From a bacterium (GTDB lineage Bacteria; Patescibacteriota; Patescibacteriia; SG8-24), in assembly GCA_043825985.1 (NCBI GenBank), contig JBDRRB010000018.1, positions 16,934 through 80,933 of the forward strand: DNA of 64,000 nucleotides, given 5' to 3'. Position 1 is the stretch's first letter. Every line of letters starts with the position of its first letter. A program made the position numbers and the translations under genes. Below the pieces are notes generated by a model. It worked only from the letters and a program-made list of their open reading frames with translations, searched no databases and was not told where the DNA came from. This document shows, one piece after another, positions 60,074-64,000 of this stretch.

Positions 60074-60098
60074 CGAGGCCGAACTGGCCTCTTTTTTG
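60074..60098 (+). terminator. Intrinsic terminator after paralog 3
   Basis: gaggcc-gaact-ggcctc hairpin followed by TTTTTTG. Confidence 0.65.
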
Positions 60099-60126
60099 TC
60101 CGTCCACCGCCTTCCGGTCGTCAGCC

Positions 60127-60155
60127 TTGCCAAACCGCAATCGAGGAGGTATGCT
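60127..60155 (+). promoter_or_regulatory. Sigma70-like promoter upstream of secE (TTGCCA-N17-TATGCT)
   Basis: -35 at 60127-60132 and -10 at 60150-60155. Confidence 0.4.
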
Positions 60156-60175
60156 AGCAGCAAGAAATCGAGACG

Positions 60176-60197
60176 ACCGCCACCGGGGCGGTTTTTA
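60176..60197 (+). promoter_or_regulatory. Terminator-like hairpin plus U-tract inside the secE leader (candidate attenuator)
   Basis: accgcc-accgg-ggcggt then TTTTTAG, ending 10 nt before the secE ATG and about 20 nt after the predicted -10. Confidence 0.35.
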
Positions 60198-60207
60198 GAA
60201 CCAAAAT

Positions 60208-60414
60208 ATGGCTAAGATATCACTAAGCAACAATCCGCTCGTCAACTACGCCCGCAATTCCCGGGACGAGCTGAAGAGGGTCTCCTGGCCGACCCGCCAG
60301 CAGATCATCAAGGACACGCTGATCGTGATCGGCGTCTCGGTCGCCATGGGCGCGTTCTTCGCGCTGGCGGACAAGCTGTTCGAGATCGGCTTCCGTCAGG
60401 CCATCGGCCAGTAG
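60208..60414 (+). CDS. secE: Preprotein translocase subunit SecE
   Basis: 68-aa protein with a single C-terminal TM helix (LIVIGVSVAMGAFFALADKLF), immediately upstream of nusG. Confidence 0.8.
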   Translation: MAKISLSNNPLVNYARNSRDELKRVSWPTRQQIIKDTLIVIGVSVAMGAFFALADKLFEIGFRQAIGQ

Positions 60415-60478
60415 GCCACGACAGATAAAGTACTTTACTCCATCGGGCGTCCGGCGCCCGACAGCACGAACCATAACT

Positions 60479-61024
60479 ATGCCAAAGCAGACAGAAGGAC
60501 GCGGACGCCGCTGGTACGCGATCCACACCGCCTCTGGCTACGAGGAGAACGTCCGTCACAACCTGGAGCAGCGCATCGAGTCGCTGGACATGCGGGAAAA
60601 GATCTTCAACGTGCTGATCCCCAAGGAAAAGAAGATCAAGATCAAGAACGGCAAGCGCAAGGTGGTCGAGGAGAAGATCTTCCCCGGCTACGTGCTGGTC
60701 GAGATGCTCGTGGACGACGCCTCCTGGTACGTGGTCCGCAACACGCCGAACGTGACCGGCTTCATCGGCACCGGCACCATTCCCACTCCCCTGTCCGACG
60801 CCGAGATCAAGGCCCTGCAGAAGCGCATGGGCGTCGAGGAGCCGGAATACAAGATCGACGTCGAGGTCAACTCGCCGGTCGGCATCACCGACGGCCCGTT
60901 CAAGGGCTTCGAGGGCAAGGTGGCCGAAATCGACCAGTCACGCGGCAAGATCAAGGTCCTGGTCTCGATGTTCGGCCGCGAGACGCCGGTCGAGCTGGAC
61001 TTCCTGCAGATCAAGAAGATCTAG
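60479..61024 (+). CDS. nusG: Transcription termination/antitermination factor NusG
   Basis: WYAIHTASGYE NGN domain and C-terminal KOW (GPFKGFEGKVAEID...KIKVLVSMFGRETPVEL). Confidence 0.93.
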   Translation: MPKQTEGRGRRWYAIHTASGYEENVRHNLEQRIESLDMREKIFNVLIPKEKKIKIKNGKRKVVEEKIFPGYVLVEMLVDDASWYVVRNTPNVTGFIGTGTIPTPLSDAEIKALQKRMGVEEPEYKIDVEVNSPVGITDGPFKGFEGKVAEIDQSRGKIKVLVSMFGRETPVELDFLQIKKI

Positions 61025-61063
61025 CCCGGACCGAAACGACGGATAGGCAGCCAACCACAGAAC

Positions 61064-61399
61064 ATGAAAACGTATCCGATGAGGCTGCATCCCGAACCGT
61101 TCGAGCGGATCAGGTCCGGCCAGAAAACCGACGAGCTGCGGCTCAACGATCCCAAGCGGCAGCAAATCCAAGTTGGCGACCGGATCGAGTTCAGCCGACG
61201 GCCCGAATGCACGGAAAAACTGCTGGCCGAAGTCTCCTACCTGAAGCACTACCCGACCTTCGCCGAGATGTACGACGGGGTGAAGGACAGGTATCCGGAG
61301 GCCAGCCGCGACTCGTTCGTCGCCGGCATGCACCAGTACTACCCGCCCGAGGAGGAAGCCGAGTTCGGCACGGTCGAGATCGGCCTGCGAGTGGTCTAG
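61064..61399 (+). CDS. ASCH-domain protein
   Basis: RLHPEPFERIRSGQKTDELRLNDPKRQQIQVGDRIEF is a small beta-barrel ASCH/PUA-like pattern. Inserted between nusG and rplK. Confidence 0.6.
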   Translation: MKTYPMRLHPEPFERIRSGQKTDELRLNDPKRQQIQVGDRIEFSRRPECTEKLLAEVSYLKHYPTFAEMYDGVKDRYPEASRDSFVAGMHQYYPPEEEAEFGTVEIGLRVV

Positions 61400-61417
61400 C
61401 CAGAAACCAAACCAACG

Positions 61418-61450
61418 AGTGCCAGAACCAAAATCTGGCACTTTTGTTTC
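61418..61450 (+). terminator. Intrinsic terminator after the ASCH gene
   Basis: gtgccaga-accaaaat-ctggcac hairpin followed by TTTTGTTTC. Confidence 0.6.
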
Positions 61451-61505
61451 GGTTAAACCAAAAAGAAGGCAAATCGACCGAAAACTTGGCAGCTAAACCA
61501 ACCCC

Positions 61506-61534
61506 TTGCTAAAACCGCCCAAAACCGCTAATCT
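61506..61534 (+). promoter_or_regulatory. Sigma70-like promoter for rplK (TTGCTA-N17-TAATCT)
   Basis: -35 at 61506-61511, exact 17-nt spacer, -10 TAATCT at 61529-61534. A ~237-nt leader follows. Confidence 0.45.
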
Positions 61535-61639
61535 TCGCACGCATACGGTGGGTCCCCGGACTCGGGACCGCTTCTCTCCGTAGACAAACGGAAACCCCGC
61601 TTCTTAAAGCGGAGCCGTCCAATTCATTCCAAACATCGA

Positions 61640-61762
61640 CGGGCACTGGGCGGGATGCAGTGTGCCCCGCTGGACCGAGCGACGACGCGAGACGTACCCA
61701 AAATGTACGGCGAGCTAGGAGCACGGGAAGCGGGGTGCAATGCGCCCGACCCAGTGACCGCA
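61640..61762. repeat. Structured repeat element, copy C, within the rplK 5' leader
   Basis: Closing helix cactggg/cccagtg (perfect 7 bp), junction cggg/(A)/cccg, core atgcagtgtgcc, hairpin gacgtac-ccaaaat-gtacgg, gagctaggagc, gcaatgcgcccga. Ends about 10 nt before the rplK ATG. Confidence 0.65.
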
Positions 61763-61771
61763 TAGAAAAAT

Positions 61772-62197
61772 ATGGCTAAGAAGGTAAAGACACAGATTAA
61801 GCTCCAGATCCCGGCCGGCCAGGCCAACCCAGCGCCGCCAGTCGGTCCGGCCCTCGGTCAGCATGGCCTGAACATCGCCGAGTTCTGCCAGAAGTTCAAC
61901 GCCGCCACCCAGCAGATGATGGGCGACATCACGCCGGTCGTGATCACGGTCTACGAGGACCGGACCTACGACTTCATCCTCAAGACCCCGCCGGCAGCCG
62001 AGCTGCTCAAGAAGGCGGCCGGAGTCAAGAAGGGCTCCGGCAAGCCGCTCTCGGACAAGATCGGTTCCGTCACCAAGGCGCAGGTCCGCGAGATCGCGGA
62101 AAAGAAGCTGGCCGACCTGAACACCGACGACGTGGAGGCCGCCATGCGCACCATCGAGGGCACGGCCCGGCAGATGGGCCTGACAGTCAAGGAATAA
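61772..62197 (+). CDS. rplK: 50S ribosomal protein L11
   Basis: [35 protein letters not shown]... is the canonical L11 N-terminus. Confidence 0.95.
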   Translation: MAKKVKTQIKLQIPAGQANPAPPVGPALGQHGLNIAEFCQKFNAATQQMMGDITPVVITVYEDRTYDFILKTPPAAELLKKAAGVKKGSGKPLSDKIGSVTKAQVREIAEKKLADLNTDDVEAAMRTIEGTARQMGLTVKE

Positions 62198-62206
62198 GCC
62201 TCACAC

Positions 62207-62231
62207 GACCCCGCTCCGGCGGGGTTTTGTG
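62207..62231 (+). terminator. Intrinsic terminator directly after rplK
   Basis: gaccccgc-tccg-gcggggt hairpin followed by TTTTGTG. Confidence 0.6.
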
Positions 62232-62298
62232 TTATGATCATCATAGAATCACATGCGAAGGCAGTGATTCCCCGAACAATCCTTAGGCAACTTCGTCT

Positions 62299-62733
62299 AT
62301 GAAACGAAACATCATCCGCCAGATCTATTTCTATGCGGCGAGCCTCATCACCCTCGTGATCATGGTCGTCGCCGGCGCCCAACTCGTGAACCTCGGCCTC
62401 AAGTCAACCGTCTTCCCGAAAGCCGACGACATCTACAATGTCCGCTGCGACCAGGAAGGCAACCGCGTCTACGGATATGATCGTCCGCTGTCGGTCGAAG
62501 AAACTGTCGCCGTGGAAGGCCAGCCGAAACAGAGAGAGCTAACCGCTGAGGAACGGGCCGCACTGGAGGAAGAATGCGAGGCGTACGTCGAGGAAGAGCG
62601 TTCCGCCCAGCGCCAGCGCGACTTCGTGCAGAACTTCTCGATGATCTTCGTCGCCGCCCCGGTCTTCTGGTTCCACTTCCGCATCGCCCAACGCGAACGC
62701 GAGGAGGAGAAAAAGCAGGTCGAGAAAGCCTGA
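62299..62733 (+). CDS. Hypothetical membrane protein inserted between rplK and rplA
   Basis: Two hydrophobic segments (N-terminal and C-terminal) flank an acidic coiled region. Its own terminator is at 62743-62768. Confidence 0.45.
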   Translation: MKRNIIRQIYFYAASLITLVIMVVAGAQLVNLGLKSTVFPKADDIYNVRCDQEGNRVYGYDRPLSVEETVAVEGQPKQRELTAEERAALEEECEAYVEEERSAQRQRDFVQNFSMIFVAAPVFWFHFRIAQREREEEKKQVEKA

Positions 62734-62742
62734 ACCGCACCA

Positions 62743-62768
62743 GCCGCCCGCAGGGGCGGCTTTCGATT
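62743..62768 (+). terminator. Intrinsic terminator after 62299..62733
   Basis: gccgccc-gcag-gggcggc hairpin followed by TTTCGATT. Confidence 0.55.
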
Positions 62769-62965
62769 GCCGTCGAAAGCAACTTGGCTCACGAACCCCG
62801 CCCAAACGAGTTTCCCTGCCCTATACGCCCAGGATACGGACGCCGCCATGGCCGAAGGGCAACATCCCCGGAGACTCTTGCCAAATTCCCCTTATTCCGC
62901 TAGAGTGGCGCCATTACTAATGAACGTGGGAGGATCGATAGATCCGCTCGCACCACATCAAGAAT

Positions 62966-63649
62966 ATGAAACACGGAAAGCGCTACAACGAACTCAAGGC
63001 CTCGTTCGACGACAGCAAGACCTACGAGCTGTCCGAGGCGATCGCCCTGATCAAGAAGACCGCCAACACCAAGTTCGACTCCTCGGTCGAGGTGCACGTG
63101 CGCCTGGGCATCGACCCCAAGAAGGGCGACCAGCAGGTCCGCACCACCGTCTCCCTGCCGCACGGCACGGGCAAGACCAAGCGGGTCGCCGCCTTCGTCT
63201 CCTCCCCGGAGCACGAGAAGGAGGCCAAGGAGGCCGGCGCTGAACTGGTCGGCGGAGAGGAGCTGGTGGCCGAGATCGTCAAGACCGGCAAGTGCGACTT
63301 CGACGTGGCCGTCGCCTCGCCGGACATGATGCCCAAGCTGGCCAAGGCGGCCAAGATCCTCGGTCCGCGCGGCCTGATGCCGAGCCCGAAGAACGAGACG
63401 GTCACGCCGAACGTCGGCCAGGCGGTCCGCGACATGAAGGGCGGCAAGGTCGCCTTCAAGAACGACGACACGGCCAACGTTCATCAGGCCATCGGCAAGG
63501 TCTCGTTCGCGGACGAGAAGATCGCCGAGAACTTCGCGGCGTTCATGGACGCGCTGAGGCGCTCCAAGCCGAGCTCTTCCAAGGGGGCCTACATCAAGGG
63601 CGTGGTCATCGCCTCGACCATGGGTCCGGGAATCAGGGTCTCCGCCTAG
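62966..63649 (+). CDS. rplA: 50S ribosomal protein L1
   Basis: [51 protein letters not shown]... is the canonical L1. Confidence 0.95.
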   Translation: MKHGKRYNELKASFDDSKTYELSEAIALIKKTANTKFDSSVEVHVRLGIDPKKGDQQVRTTVSLPHGTGKTKRVAAFVSSPEHEKEAKEAGAELVGGEELVAEIVKTGKCDFDVAVASPDMMPKLAKAAKILGPRGLMPSPKNETVTPNVGQAVRDMKGGKVAFKNDDTANVHQAIGKVSFADEKIAENFAAFMDALRRSKPSSSKGAYIKGVVIASTMGPGIRVSA

Positions 63650-63665
63650 AAAAAGATGAGACAGA

Positions 63666-63695
63666 GACGACCCCACAGGGGGTCGTTTTGTTTCG
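63666..63695 (+). terminator. Intrinsic terminator after rplA
   Basis: gacgacccc-acag-ggggtcgt hairpin followed by TTTTGTTTCG. Confidence 0.65.
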
Positions 63696-63707
63696 TAAAC
63701 TTCCAAC

Positions 63708-63736
63708 TTGCCCGTTCCACCTGCATTGCATAATCT
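63708..63736 (+). promoter_or_regulatory. Sigma70-like promoter (TTGCCC-N17-TAATCT) giving a near-leaderless dCMP deaminase transcript
   Basis: -35 at 63708-63713 and -10 at 63731-63736. The ATG at 63745 is only 8 nt after the -10. Confidence 0.4.
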
Positions 63737-63744
63737 TCAAGCAT

Positions 63745-64000
63745 ATGAATACCTACACACGCCCGAGCTGGAACGACTATTTCATGAGCATCGCCAAGAT
63801 CGTGGCTACCCGCTCGACCTGCGACCGACTGCGAGCCGGCGCCGTGCTCGTCAAGAACAAACGCATCATCTCCACCGGTTACAACGGTGCGCCTCCCGGC
63901 CTGCCGCACTGCGACGGTGAGGAGGGCCACAAGATGGAGGAGGGCCACTGCATCCGCACCATCCATGCCGAAGAGAACTGCATCCTACAGGCGGCCCTGC
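63745..64000 (+). CDS. Deoxycytidylate (dCMP) deaminase, ComEB-like (partial, continues beyond window)
   Basis: MNTYTRPSWNDYFMSIA...STCDRLRAGAVLV...GYNGAPPGLPHCD...HAEENCI carries the CDA zinc motifs (H-A-E, and C..C presumably beyond the window end). Confidence 0.8.
   Translation, partial: MNTYTRPSWNDYFMSIAKIVATRSTCDRLRAGAVLVKNKRIISTGYNGAPPGLPHCDGEEGHKMEEGHCIRTIHAEENCILQAAL

Overview
This is a 64 kb high-GC (~65%) bacterial chromosomal segment, densely coding on both strands, probably from an uncultivated lineage that cannot be assigned from sequence alone. Homology calls rest on recognisable motifs in the supplied translations.

Supported gene content:
- Ribosomal and translation genes: rplL-rplJ at 1.9-2.9 kb, and tsf, rpsB, rpmE, prfA, prmC, rplY, secE, nusG, rplK and rplA at 44.9-63.6 kb.
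- A lower-glycolysis operon: gap, a metallophosphoesterase, pgk, eno and two tandem gpmI paralogs.
- DNA metabolism: xseA/xseB, mutM, a UvrD/PcrA-type helicase, gyrB and a COG2251-type RecB-family nuclease.
- A HlyD/ABC-ATPase/two-FtsX efflux operon.
- Cell-envelope genes (MltG, FtsW/RodA, PAP2, GDP-mannose pyrophosphorylase, DUF2207, DUF3048) and metK, pgi, dus and a cyclophilin.

I found no rRNA, no convincing tRNA and no CRISPR/cas.

Features not explained by ordinary gene annotation:
1. A dispersed family of about 110-nt intergenic elements with a conserved core, a conserved internal hairpin and a closing helix whose sequence differs in every copy yet always pairs. This is a candidate novel structured RNA or REP-like element. 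Copies are at about 15.27, 44.74, 54.11 and 61.64 kb, with diverged AT-rich relatives at 43.15 and 43.8 kb.
2. Three low-GC islets on the minus strand carrying small nucleotide-handling genes: a NUDIX-like protein with a degenerate catalytic box at 1.4 kb, a NYN nuclease-domain protein at 33 kb, and a P-loop kinase plus MazG-like pyrophosphohydrolase pair at 43.3-44.3 kb flanked by the repeat family.
3. Three tandem paralogous small membrane-anchored two-cysteine proteins between gyrB and secE.
4. A broken secE-nusG-rplK-rplA / rplJ-rplL cluster with inserted genes and terminators.
5. A recurring promoter-like motif TTGnnn-N17-TAATCT upstream of several plus-strand genes.

Many long antisense ORFs in the track are high-GC artefacts and were rejected.
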